Shown: one piece after another, positions 48,543-56,795 of the stretch
Position numbering within the stretch: position 1 is the stretch's first letter
Layout of the letters: the number at the start of each line of letters is the position of its first letter
Assembly (NCBI GenBank): GCA_017547165.1
Contig: JAFYQK010000001.1
Location: 95,422 to 159,421, forward strand
Reading direction: 5' to 3'
DNA length: 64,000 nt
Source: Bacteroidaceae bacterium
GTDB lineage: Bacteria > Bacteroidota > Bacteroidia > Bacteroidales > Bacteroidaceae
The notes under the pieces: model-generated
What the model was told of the DNA's origin: nothing
The model's database searches: none
The model's input: the letters and a program-made list of their open reading frames with translations, nothing else
Translations under genes and position numbers: made by a program

Positions 48543-49901
48543 ATGAAAAACCTATTCACTTTATTTGTGTTTGCAACACTTCTATTTTCATTTTTGGCAT
48601 GTACAGAGGAGGAATCACAGAATTATACCACATACGACGTATCGGTACGCCTCGTCGCTCCTGCAGAGATAACAGAAACTCCGTTTGAAGGTGTGGAAAT
48701 CCAGGCACATGGAAATACCGGTCTGACATTGAAGGCAAAGACTAATGCCTTGGGGATAGCATCGTTTAGCTTGCCAGAAGACATATATAATTTCAGTGCC
48801 TCCCACAAGTTTACAGAAGGTGGTACCGTCTTTCAAGTAAACTACCAACTGCAGAGAGCTGTCACAAGGCAGGATTTTGTAAATACTGCTTCTTTAGTAT
48901 TGGAAATGACTCCTATGCTTAGTCAGGGTTGGAAGCAAATTATTCTGAAGGAACTTTATGTCGGTGGATGTGCTAAAGACGATGGCTCGGGAAACTATCA
49001 GTATGACAAGTTTGTGGTAATCTATAATAATTCGGACAAGGTGGCGGAAGTACCCAATTTCTGTATTTCAAATGTAGGTCCATACAATGCACATGGCAAT
49101 AATGCAAACTATGTTGATGGCAAACTCGTCTATGCCGAAGAAGATTATACTCCTGCTTATGCCTATGTGTTCTATTTGCCAAGAACGCTTGTAATGCAAC
49201 CCTACACCTCGGCTACCATTGCTTTGAGCGGAGCTATTGACCACACTGCTACTTATACAAAATCTGTAGACTTGAGTGTGGCAGATTTGGTCTGCTATGA
49301 TGCTGAAGACTTCTGGAGCACAAGTTATCATCCTGTTCCTTCGGAGAAAATTCCTTCAGAAAACTATATGCTTGCTTCAAAGTTATGTGCTGCCGGACAG
49401 AATGCTGCATCATGGAGTATGATAGCCCCAGGCATATTCATTTTCTCAACAGGCGACAATGATCCCTTGGCCTTTACCCAAAGTATGGATAACCGATACT
49501 ATATGCCAGGTAAACAGGATAATCCCGTATATGCTTGTGCAAAGATTCCCAATGATTGGATCTTTGATGCCGTAGATATCTGGGGGGCAGATTATGTGGG
49601 TGAATCTATGCCACGCTTTTCTCCTTCACTTGAAAGTGGTTCAATCTACATGATTAACAAACAAGGTTATTCAATATATCGTAATGTGGATAGGGAGGCA
49701 ACAGAGGCTTTGCCCGAGAATGAAGGAAAGTTGGTGTATAACTATAACCTCGGTACCACTGACAACCAGGGGGCTCCCTCAACAGACCTCAGTGGTATTG
49801 ATGCCGAGACTTCCATTGCAAATGGTGCACATATAGTGTATATGGATACGAACAATTCCCAAAACGACTTTCATCAGCGCAGAACAGCAAGTTTGAAGTG
49901 A
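48543..49901 (+). CDS. Lipoprotein with Ig-like N-terminal domain and lamin-tail-domain-like segment (DUF4876-like from memory)
   Basis: 452 aa with a lipobox (..SFLAC). An LTD-like stretch is present (KELYVGGCAKDDGSGNYQYDKFVVIYNNSDKVAEV). Confidence 0.65.
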   Translation: MKNLFTLFVFATLLFSFLACTEEESQNYTTYDVSVRLVAPAEITETPFEGVEIQAHGNTGLTLKAKTNALGIASFSLPEDIYNFSASHKFTEGGTVFQVNYQLQRAVTRQDFVNTASLVLEMTPMLSQGWKQIILKELYVGGCAKDDGSGNYQYDKFVVIYNNSDKVAEVPNFCISNVGPYNAHGNNANYVDGKLVYAEEDYTPAYAYVFYLPRTLVMQPYTSATIALSGAIDHTATYTKSVDLSVADLVCYDAEDFWSTSYHPVPSEKIPSENYMLASKLCAAGQNAASWSMIAPGIFIFSTGDNDPLAFTQSMDNRYYMPGKQDNPVYACAKIPNDWIFDAVDIWGADYVGESMPRFSPSLESGSIYMINKQGYSIYRNVDREATEALPENEGKLVYNYNLGTTDNQGAPSTDLSGIDAETSIANGAHIVYMDTNNSQNDFHQRRTASLK

Positions 49902-49947
49902 TAAAAACACTAATTATATCGCATTGTATTAAGGACGAACTAATAAT

Positions 49948-51579
49948 ATGAAATGGAGATATCTTCCCACCTTACTCATCGTATGGACTCTAACAACCGG
50001 CATTATGGCTCTTGAACCAGAACGAAAGTCTGGTCTAAGAGTGGACTCGCTTGACTGGCAGCGTATATCTAAAATGCGTTCAGGACAGGGGTGCTTGCAT
50101 AGCGAGAATGCGGCATGGCTTACGGACTTTAGTCAGAGGACGATGTCCGAAGTGAATTTGTATGGTAAGATGAATGGTGGAGATTTCAAGAACTACTTTA
50201 CTTCTTCTTCCGAACTTTCTTTTGGTGTAGATGCCTCATCAATCTGTCGTTTGTCAAAGCGTGTAGCTTTGGAGGGTAGAGTTGGGTATTGCAATACGCA
50301 ACACTCTGCTCTTGCTGGCTCTGCCTTTATTGACCCTACACAAACACCTTTCGACATAGTTGAATTTACCGATGAGAATCGTGGTGACAAGAAGACAGAG
50401 CAATATTCACTTCTCGGACGTGTGGGAGTAGATGTTTCCCAACGTATTGCTCTTGGTGCCTCTTTCTCCTATGTTGCGGCCAACTATGCAAAGTATAAGG
50501 ATTTGCGTCATACAAATTCGTTGATGGCTATGGACCTTACATTAGGCACACTGTTCAGGCTGGGCAAGGGTGTAAGTGTGGGTTTGGATTATGCCTATAC
50601 CCGTCGTATTGAGAGTATTAGCTTTAATACCTATGGAACTCAGGACAAGGCCTATGCATCACTCTTGAATTATGGAGCCTTCTTTGGTAAAAAAGAAGTG
50701 TTTGGTGATATGGGCTATACTAAGTCTGGGGAAACAAAACCCTTGCTTGATGTTTATCATGGAGGTGCGATACAGCTTTCGTGGGAGATTACAGAAAATT
50801 TGCGATGGTTCAACGAGGCTGGTTTTCGTACACGCAATGGCTATTACGGAAATCCCTCGCAAAGCACCGTGATGTATGCCGAGCATGGGGGGATGGAGTA
50901 TTACTATAAGAGTGTGCTAAATACAATACATTTATTGAATCGACACAATGTATTCTTCGACCTCAGACACTACGGTGTCTCAACTCAGGAGAATGTATAT
51001 GCCTTTCGCAACGAAGAAACGGGACTTGACTATATCGAGTATCTTGGACAAAGGGAAGTTGGTAATCGTAAACTAACAACGTTTTCTCTTGCTTACGAGG
51101 GATTTTTTCATGAAAGGAACGGCATTGCACAATGGCAGAGTTGTGCAAGGATGTATTATAATAATCGTGCCATTCATGCCTCAAATTATCCAGATTATCG
51201 TAAGCAAAACCTTAACTGGTGGAGCATAGAGGCTTCTGCCACGCGAAATATCGTGAACAAGGAGAAAAACTGCTACTCGCTATCTTTGCTCGCTCTTTAT
51301 GGTGGTGGAGCAGGAAAACCTTATAATGACGGCAAGTATGTACAAACGGCAGATGGTGGCGCGCTGACCTATATGCGCAACGACCTATTGTATCAAGAAT
51401 GGGAATACCTCACTGCCACACAAATCGGATATGGTGCCGCCATTGAATACTCGCGCCATCTTGGTAAGGCAATATTGAATGTTGCTCTTTCGGGTAATGT
51501 TCGTCATGCATTTAACACCCAGTATCTGACTAACCCAATGCGATACGAACTGGCTCTGAATATAGGTTGCAGATTTTAA
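49948..51579 (+). CDS. Orphan outer-membrane beta-barrel protein (DUF6850-like from memory)
   Basis: 543 aa with a signal peptide. Alternating aromatic beta-strand patterns run throughout, and the C-terminus is ..NIGCRF. Confidence 0.6.
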   Translation: MKWRYLPTLLIVWTLTTGIMALEPERKSGLRVDSLDWQRISKMRSGQGCLHSENAAWLTDFSQRTMSEVNLYGKMNGGDFKNYFTSSSELSFGVDASSICRLSKRVALEGRVGYCNTQHSALAGSAFIDPTQTPFDIVEFTDENRGDKKTEQYSLLGRVGVDVSQRIALGASFSYVAANYAKYKDLRHTNSLMAMDLTLGTLFRLGKGVSVGLDYAYTRRIESISFNTYGTQDKAYASLLNYGAFFGKKEVFGDMGYTKSGETKPLLDVYHGGAIQLSWEITENLRWFNEAGFRTRNGYYGNPSQSTVMYAEHGGMEYYYKSVLNTIHLLNRHNVFFDLRHYGVSTQENVYAFRNEETGLDYIEYLGQREVGNRKLTTFSLAYEGFFHERNGIAQWQSCARMYYNNRAIHASNYPDYRKQNLNWWSIEASATRNIVNKEKNCYSLSLLALYGGGAGKPYNDGKYVQTADGGALTYMRNDLLYQEWEYLTATQIGYGAAIEYSRHLGKAILNVALSGNVRHAFNTQYLTNPMRYELALNIGCRF

Positions 51580-51643
51580 TTTTATATTTCTGCCTCAATA
51601 GAATAAAACAAATCAAAATAAATCAGACAAAATATATACAATT

Positions 51644-52216
51644 ATGAAACTGAAAAACTTATTCATTTTGGCTATCTCAGCCATAGTGCTTGCTTCATGT
51701 GGAAGTAAGACAAACGAAAGTAAGAGTGAGGTAACGGAAGAACTGTCCTCCTCTCTCTCTGTAGATGATCTCCTTTTAAATGCCGATTCCTTGACTGATC
51801 AGGAAATTCTTATCGAAGGTATCTGCACACACACCTGTAAGCATGGTGCAACAAAAATCTTCGTGATGGGCAGCGACGATACAAAGACTATACGTGTGGA
51901 GGCGGCAAGTCTAGGTTCTTTCGACCAAAAATGCATCAACAGCATTGTTCGCATCAAAGGTATTCTTCGTGAGGAAAGGGTGGATGAGGCTTATCTGCAA
52001 CGCTGGGAAGCGGCATCTTCCGTTCAGGCAGAACAGCATGGGGAGACTGAAGCGGGATGCGATACGGAGAAAGCTGCTCGTGGAGAAAAAGGCAATAGTG
52101 TAGTAGAGCGCATAGCTGATTTCCGCGCAAAGATAGCGGCACGCAAGGAAGTTTGTGGTAAGGAATACCTTTCTTTCTACTTTGTAGAGGCTTTGGCATA
52201 TGAAATTCTCGAGTAG
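51644..52216 (+). CDS. Small lipoprotein, OB-fold-like core with CTHTCKH motif and acidic/Ala-rich tail
   Basis: 190 aa with a lipobox (..VLASC). The core segment is EILIEGICTHTCKHGATKIFVMGSDD..IVRIKGIL. Confidence 0.6.
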   Translation: MKLKNLFILAISAIVLASCGSKTNESKSEVTEELSSSLSVDDLLLNADSLTDQEILIEGICTHTCKHGATKIFVMGSDDTKTIRVEAASLGSFDQKCINSIVRIKGILREERVDEAYLQRWEAASSVQAEQHGETEAGCDTEKAARGEKGNSVVERIADFRAKIAARKEVCGKEYLSFYFVEALAYEILE

Positions 52217-52769
52217 TAAGTTGCGCACATGGTGTCGCACCATTCATCGTGATTTGTCATACTTCTTCTCGGGTATGGTACTCATCTATGCTATTTCGGG
52301 ATTGGTGATGAACCATCGCGACACTATAAATCCGCACTATTCAGTATCGCTTATCGAAAGACAGGTGCATGACCTCCCATCGCAAAGCGAATTCGGCCGT
52401 CCACAGGTGGAGGAACTTATGCTAATGGTTGGTGTGACGGAGCGCTATACGAAGCATTACTTCCCGCGACCTGGGCATTTGAAAGTCTTCCTCAAAGGAG
52501 GCTCTTCGTTGGAGGCGAACATAGTTACTGGTCATGTGGTGTACGAGTCCTTGACGCGTCGTCCTCTGCTCAGTACTATGACCACCTTGCATTATAACCC
52601 TGGCAAGTGGTGGACATGGTTTGGCGATGCTTTTGCCATTTCACTCGTGATGATCACCCTCACTGGCATTTTCATGATAAAAGGCAAGAAGGGGCTGTGG
52701 GGTAGAGGTGGAATAGAACTTGTGGTGGGTATGCTCATCCCTGTTCTTCTGATCTTATTCATTAAATAA
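52200..52769 (+). CDS. PepSY-associated TM-helix protein (short PiuB/FoxB-like)
   Basis: 189 aa. The RTIHRDLSYFFSGMVLIYAISGLVMNH motif is present, with further TM helices. It overlaps the upstream gene by 17 nt. Confidence 0.65.
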   Translation: MKFSSSKLRTWCRTIHRDLSYFFSGMVLIYAISGLVMNHRDTINPHYSVSLIERQVHDLPSQSEFGRPQVEELMLMVGVTERYTKHYFPRPGHLKVFLKGGSSLEANIVTGHVVYESLTRRPLLSTMTTLHYNPGKWWTWFGDAFAISLVMITLTGIFMIKGKKGLWGRGGIELVVGMLIPVLLILFIK

Positions 52770-52789
52770 CAGTTTGTTTTCATAGGATT

Positions 52790-53668
52790 ATGGAAAATAT
52801 CATAGAATGCCGTAACCTTACACATTATTACGGTAAACGTTTGATTTACGAAAATCTTTCTTTCAATGTGCCTCGTGGTCGTATCCTTGGTCTTCTTGGA
52901 AAGAATGGTACAGGTAAGACAACGACGATAAACATACTGAGCGGTTTCCTACAACCTCGTAGCGGCGAATGCCGTATATTAGGTGAGAAGATAGGTGAGA
53001 TGAATCCGTTCACACGACGTAAGATAGGTCTGCTCATTGAGGGACATGTTCAATATCAGTTCATGAATATCGAAGAGATAGAGCGTTTCTATGCCTCGTT
53101 CTATCCCAATTGGAAGCGTGAGGCGTACTACGAACTTATGAGCCGTCTGAAGGTGGCACCGCACCAGCGCATCAACCGTATGTCGTGCGGACAGCGGTCG
53201 CAAGTGGCACTGGGCCTCATTCTGGCTCAAGATCCAGAGGTACTTGTTTTGGACGATTTCTCTTTGGGACTCGACCCCGGCTATCGTCGTCTGTTCGTTG
53301 ATTATATGCGTGAGTATGCCAAGGCCGAGGACAAGACAGTCTTCCTAACCTCTCACATTATACAGGACATGGAGCGATTGGTGGACGATTGCATAGTGAT
53401 GGACTATGGCAAGATACTCGTGCAGATGCCGGTTAAGGAACTGCTTGGCACCTTCCGCAGATACACGGCACAGGTGGGTGATGGTTTTGAAATGCAGGAG
53501 ATTCCAGACATGTACAATCCATCGGTTATACGTCAGACTTTGGAAGTTTTCTCTATGCATCCTGAAGATGAAGTGAAGGCACAACTCTCACTCTTGGGAG
53601 TAAACAATGTTCAGGCAGAACATGTTGGACTGGAGGATGCCTTCATCGGACTGACAGGTAAATACTAA
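52790..53668 (+). CDS. ABC transporter ATP-binding protein
   Basis: 292 aa with Walker A (GKNGTGKTT), a degenerate signature (MSCGQRSQ) and Walker B (VLVLDD). Confidence 0.85.
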   Translation: MENIIECRNLTHYYGKRLIYENLSFNVPRGRILGLLGKNGTGKTTTINILSGFLQPRSGECRILGEKIGEMNPFTRRKIGLLIEGHVQYQFMNIEEIERFYASFYPNWKREAYYELMSRLKVAPHQRINRMSCGQRSQVALGLILAQDPEVLVLDDFSLGLDPGYRRLFVDYMREYAKAEDKTVFLTSHIIQDMERLVDDCIVMDYGKILVQMPVKELLGTFRRYTAQVGDGFEMQEIPDMYNPSVIRQTLEVFSMHPEDEVKAQLSLLGVNNVQAEHVGLEDAFIGLTGKY

Positions 53669-53688
53669 CAACTAATATTGCCAAAATC

Positions 53689-54360
53689 ATGATAAAAGCT
53701 ATATTTTATAAAGAATGGATAAAGACAAGGTGGTATCTGTTGCTTGCCTTTGTCGTATCCATGGGTTTTGCCATCTACGCTATGTTGCGCATATCTCGTG
53801 TATGCTCTTTAAAGGGAGTAGACCACTTGTGGGTGGTGATGATGCAGCGTGATGCCATATTCGTTGAACTATTACAATATGTTCCCATGATACTTGGTCT
53901 TATTCTTGCCATTGTCCAGTTTGCACCTGAGATGCACCATCGCTCGTTCAAACTGACATTGCATCTGCCCATCCGTGCTACCAAGGCACTTGCCTCCATG
54001 CTATCATTCGGAATGATGGTTTTGCTGCTGACGTTTCTTCCAGCCTTGTTGCTCATGTGGGGCTATTTGCAAACTATTCTCGCACCAGAACTCTATTGGC
54101 ACATTCTGCTCAGTGTCTTGCCATGGTATCTTGCTGGTGTCGCGGCATATCTGCTTGCATGTTGGGTGGCATTAGAACCCACATGGGGCAGGAGGGTGTC
54201 AAATCTTGTAATCGGAATATTGTTGCTGCGCATGTACTTTCTTGCACCGGCACCAGAGGCATATAACGAGTTCTTGCCGCTTCTCGTTATAGTGACTTTA
54301 TCTTATAGTCTATTGTCAGTGCTCTCTCTAACACGCTTCCGTGATGGTAGACAAGATTGA
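53689..54360 (+). CDS. ABC-2-type-like integral membrane protein (about 6 TM)
   Basis: 223 aa and very hydrophobic. It lies directly after the ATPase with a 20-nt gap. Confidence 0.6.
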   Translation: MIKAIFYKEWIKTRWYLLLAFVVSMGFAIYAMLRISRVCSLKGVDHLWVVMMQRDAIFVELLQYVPMILGLILAIVQFAPEMHHRSFKLTLHLPIRATKALASMLSFGMMVLLLTFLPALLLMWGYLQTILAPELYWHILLSVLPWYLAGVAAYLLACWVALEPTWGRRVSNLVIGILLLRMYFLAPAPEAYNEFLPLLVIVTLSYSLLSVLSLTRFRDGRQD

Positions 54361-54385
54361 ATAATCTGTATTAAACTAAACTTTT

Positions 54386-55420
54386 ATGTTCAAGATAAGT
54401 AAAATATTATTTTCACTTATAGTCATGTTTCTGCTTGTATGGCAGCTGCCGGCATGCTATAACTTCTTTATGTCCACACCGGTAGACACTCCTTTTACCT
54501 TGTATAGCTCCATAGCTAGAGACTTTGCTTCTTTGCAAACAGATGAAAACAAGAAGATGCATTACAGAGATGCATCTGGCAATGAATACACCGAAGAGCA
54601 GTTCGACTCCATCCTGCCTGCCTTCTATTATCGTCAGTTGGTAACAGACGGCAGATTTCCGGACACAATCTGTGGTATTTCTGTCACTCCACGACAGATT
54701 CAGTTGGCAAATTTTACCATGCGCCTATCTCCTTTGGACCTTAATAAACCCAAATTGGGATTATGGCAGATGCTCGAAACCATGTCGGGACGCGTAGATT
54801 TGGAGTTACCCGACGATGCATTCCGTATTACCTCTGACGGCATTGAGTTTGTGAAGATGGAAACAAACACCGTGGACGTTGACAAGAGTCAGCGCTTTAC
54901 CAAGGCGATGAAACAGAAAGGATTCGAGTTTCCTGCTCTATCTCTCTCGGGCAATCCTACCGACAGAAAGGAATATGACGAGGGATATGCCATGCTGGAT
55001 GCAGTCAAGAAGCTGTACCATGTAAAGCAAACGGTAGGCCGTCCTTATGTCAAGGCAATCAGTTTGCCAGAAGGACTGGTGCCCCAGCATTTGTTTATCA
55101 CAGAATTTCCTTCGCGAAAATGGTTGTGTTTCCTTACCGATGTTGAAGGTTATCTATGGGTGGTTGAGCGAGAATCCTATGCTGTCAAACCTACGGAGAT
55201 TCCTTCGTTCAATCCCAGCGAGGAATCAGCACTCATCATCGGCAATATGTTTGACTGGACTGTTAAGGTAAACCGTGCCGAAAGAGAATGCTATTATGCT
55301 ATCTCGGCAAAGGATTATTCTCTCATTGATTCCCTAAGCTATGAGACTCCGGTGCATCGCATGCTTGGCCTGACTTTCACCACCTCAAAGGATAAGTTTG
55401 TTAAACCACGATTTAAATAG
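54386..55420 (+). CDS. N-terminally TM-anchored protein of unknown function (DUF4857-like from memory)
   Basis: 344 aa with a single N-terminal helix (ILFSLIVMFLLVWQLPA). It is the last gene of the operon. Confidence 0.6.
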   Translation: MFKISKILFSLIVMFLLVWQLPACYNFFMSTPVDTPFTLYSSIARDFASLQTDENKKMHYRDASGNEYTEEQFDSILPAFYYRQLVTDGRFPDTICGISVTPRQIQLANFTMRLSPLDLNKPKLGLWQMLETMSGRVDLELPDDAFRITSDGIEFVKMETNTVDVDKSQRFTKAMKQKGFEFPALSLSGNPTDRKEYDEGYAMLDAVKKLYHVKQTVGRPYVKAISLPEGLVPQHLFITEFPSRKWLCFLTDVEGYLWVVERESYAVKPTEIPSFNPSEESALIIGNMFDWTVKVNRAERECYYAISAKDYSLIDSLSYETPVHRMLGLTFTTSKDKFVKPRFK

Positions 55421-55439
55421 CACTCCTAATTCTATACAG

Positions 55440-55483
55440 AAAACGGAAAACGCAGAACTTTCACATTCTCGTTTTCCGTTTTT
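55440..55483. terminator. Bidirectional intrinsic terminator between convergent operons
   Basis: AAAACGGAAAACG / CGTTTTCCGTTTT 13-bp stem. Confidence 0.75.
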
Positions 55484-55538
55484 CATTTAATGAACCTATA
55501 TAGTTTTCGTTAATCTCGAACTGTTAAACTTTCCACGC

Positions 55539-56795
55539 TCACTCCAGATACTTCATTATATCACCCGAAATCTGGCGGAGGGAAATCTCGCATAGTTTGG
55601 TGTTGTACTGGGCTTCCAGGATGCGTTCTTCTGCATCGAGGAGCGATTGCTGGGCTTCGCGCATCTCTATACCAGAGAGTGAACCAAGCATATAGCGCTC
55701 GTGTGCAATGTAGTGGTTCTCTTTTGCTGTGATGAGGTTCTCACGCTCCAGAGAAAGCAAGCGAAGGTTGTTCTTGTAGGCCTGCCACAGGTCGGCAAGG
55801 TCGGAGCGCAGGGATTGCTCCAGTTGCATGCGTGCCAGGTCGGCATTCTCAATGTTCAGTCGTGCATTGCGCTTCTGGCTTGTACGCTTGCCGTCGAAGA
55901 TATTATAGCCCACCTTCACACCGAAGTCCACACCACCTCGACCATTACCATCTATGGTATGCTGGTAGTTATATCCGGCATTGAGTTTGATGTATGGATA
56001 GTCGCGGCTCATTGTGGCCTTGTAATCCAGTTCTGCCAAACGAATGTCGTGCTTCTTGTTCAAAAGTTCGGCATTAAGTTGCATTGTTGCCTCAAGGAGA
56101 GAGTCGTGCATAAGGGTGGCATCAACCTCTATTGCTGAGTCGTTCAGCATCAAGGGGGTTTGCATATCCTTCACCGCCATCAGTTCGTAAAGACGAATGC
56201 GCGATGTTGCCATCAGTTCGTGTTGCTTCAAGCTCTGCGCACTATCGGCGTTGAAGTCCACCTGTGCCTGCTGGAGGTCAAGGCGCGAAGCACTACCTAT
56301 GCTATAACGCTCGAGCACAATGCGCAGACGCTCCTTGGAGAGTTTTACGGCATTGTTGAGGTTGCGCATGCGAATCTTTTGCTGTATAAGGTTGTAGTAC
56401 TCAGCTGTAAGTGTGGCCACATAATCCTCTATAGACAAGCGGGTGCGTGTGGCACCCTGGCGCTTCAGTTCCTGTAGTTTGCTATATGTTGCCTGTATCT
56501 TGAATCCGTCGAACAGAGTCCATTCGGCATTAACACCTGCCTGAAGGCCATGGCCCAGTTGTCCCTCCCCAGTGTCCAACGTGCCACTGTAGCCAACAGT
56601 GGCATTCACAGTGGGCAGGTATCCGGCATTTGCCGCGGTGGCATTGTTGGCACTGATTGCCTCCTCGTTGCGTGCTATCTTTAGGTTGTAGTTGTTCTCC
56701 AGACCAGTGGCTATAAAGTCGGCCAGTGTCTGTCCCCCCATCTTTCCGCATACGGGTATGGCGAGGACTATCAAAAGGTATCTAAGGTGTTTCAT
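55539..56795 (-). CDS. TolC-family outer-membrane efflux protein
   Basis: 418 aa with a signal peptide and two OEP repeats. It overlaps the pump gene by 4 nt (ATGA). Confidence 0.85.
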   Translation of the reverse strand: MKHLRYLLIVLAIPVCGKMGGQTLADFIATGLENNYNLKIARNEEAISANNATAANAGYLPTVNATVGYSGTLDTGEGQLGHGLQAGVNAEWTLFDGFKIQATYSKLQELKRQGATRTRLSIEDYVATLTAEYYNLIQQKIRMRNLNNAVKLSKERLRIVLERYSIGSASRLDLQQAQVDFNADSAQSLKQHELMATSRIRLYELMAVKDMQTPLMLNDSAIEVDATLMHDSLLEATMQLNAELLNKKHDIRLAELDYKATMSRDYPYIKLNAGYNYQHTIDGNGRGGVDFGVKVGYNIFDGKRTSQKRNARLNIENADLARMQLEQSLRSDLADLWQAYKNNLRLLSLERENLITAKENHYIAHERYMLGSLSGIEMREAQQSLLDAEERILEAQYNTKLCEISLRQISGDIMKYLE

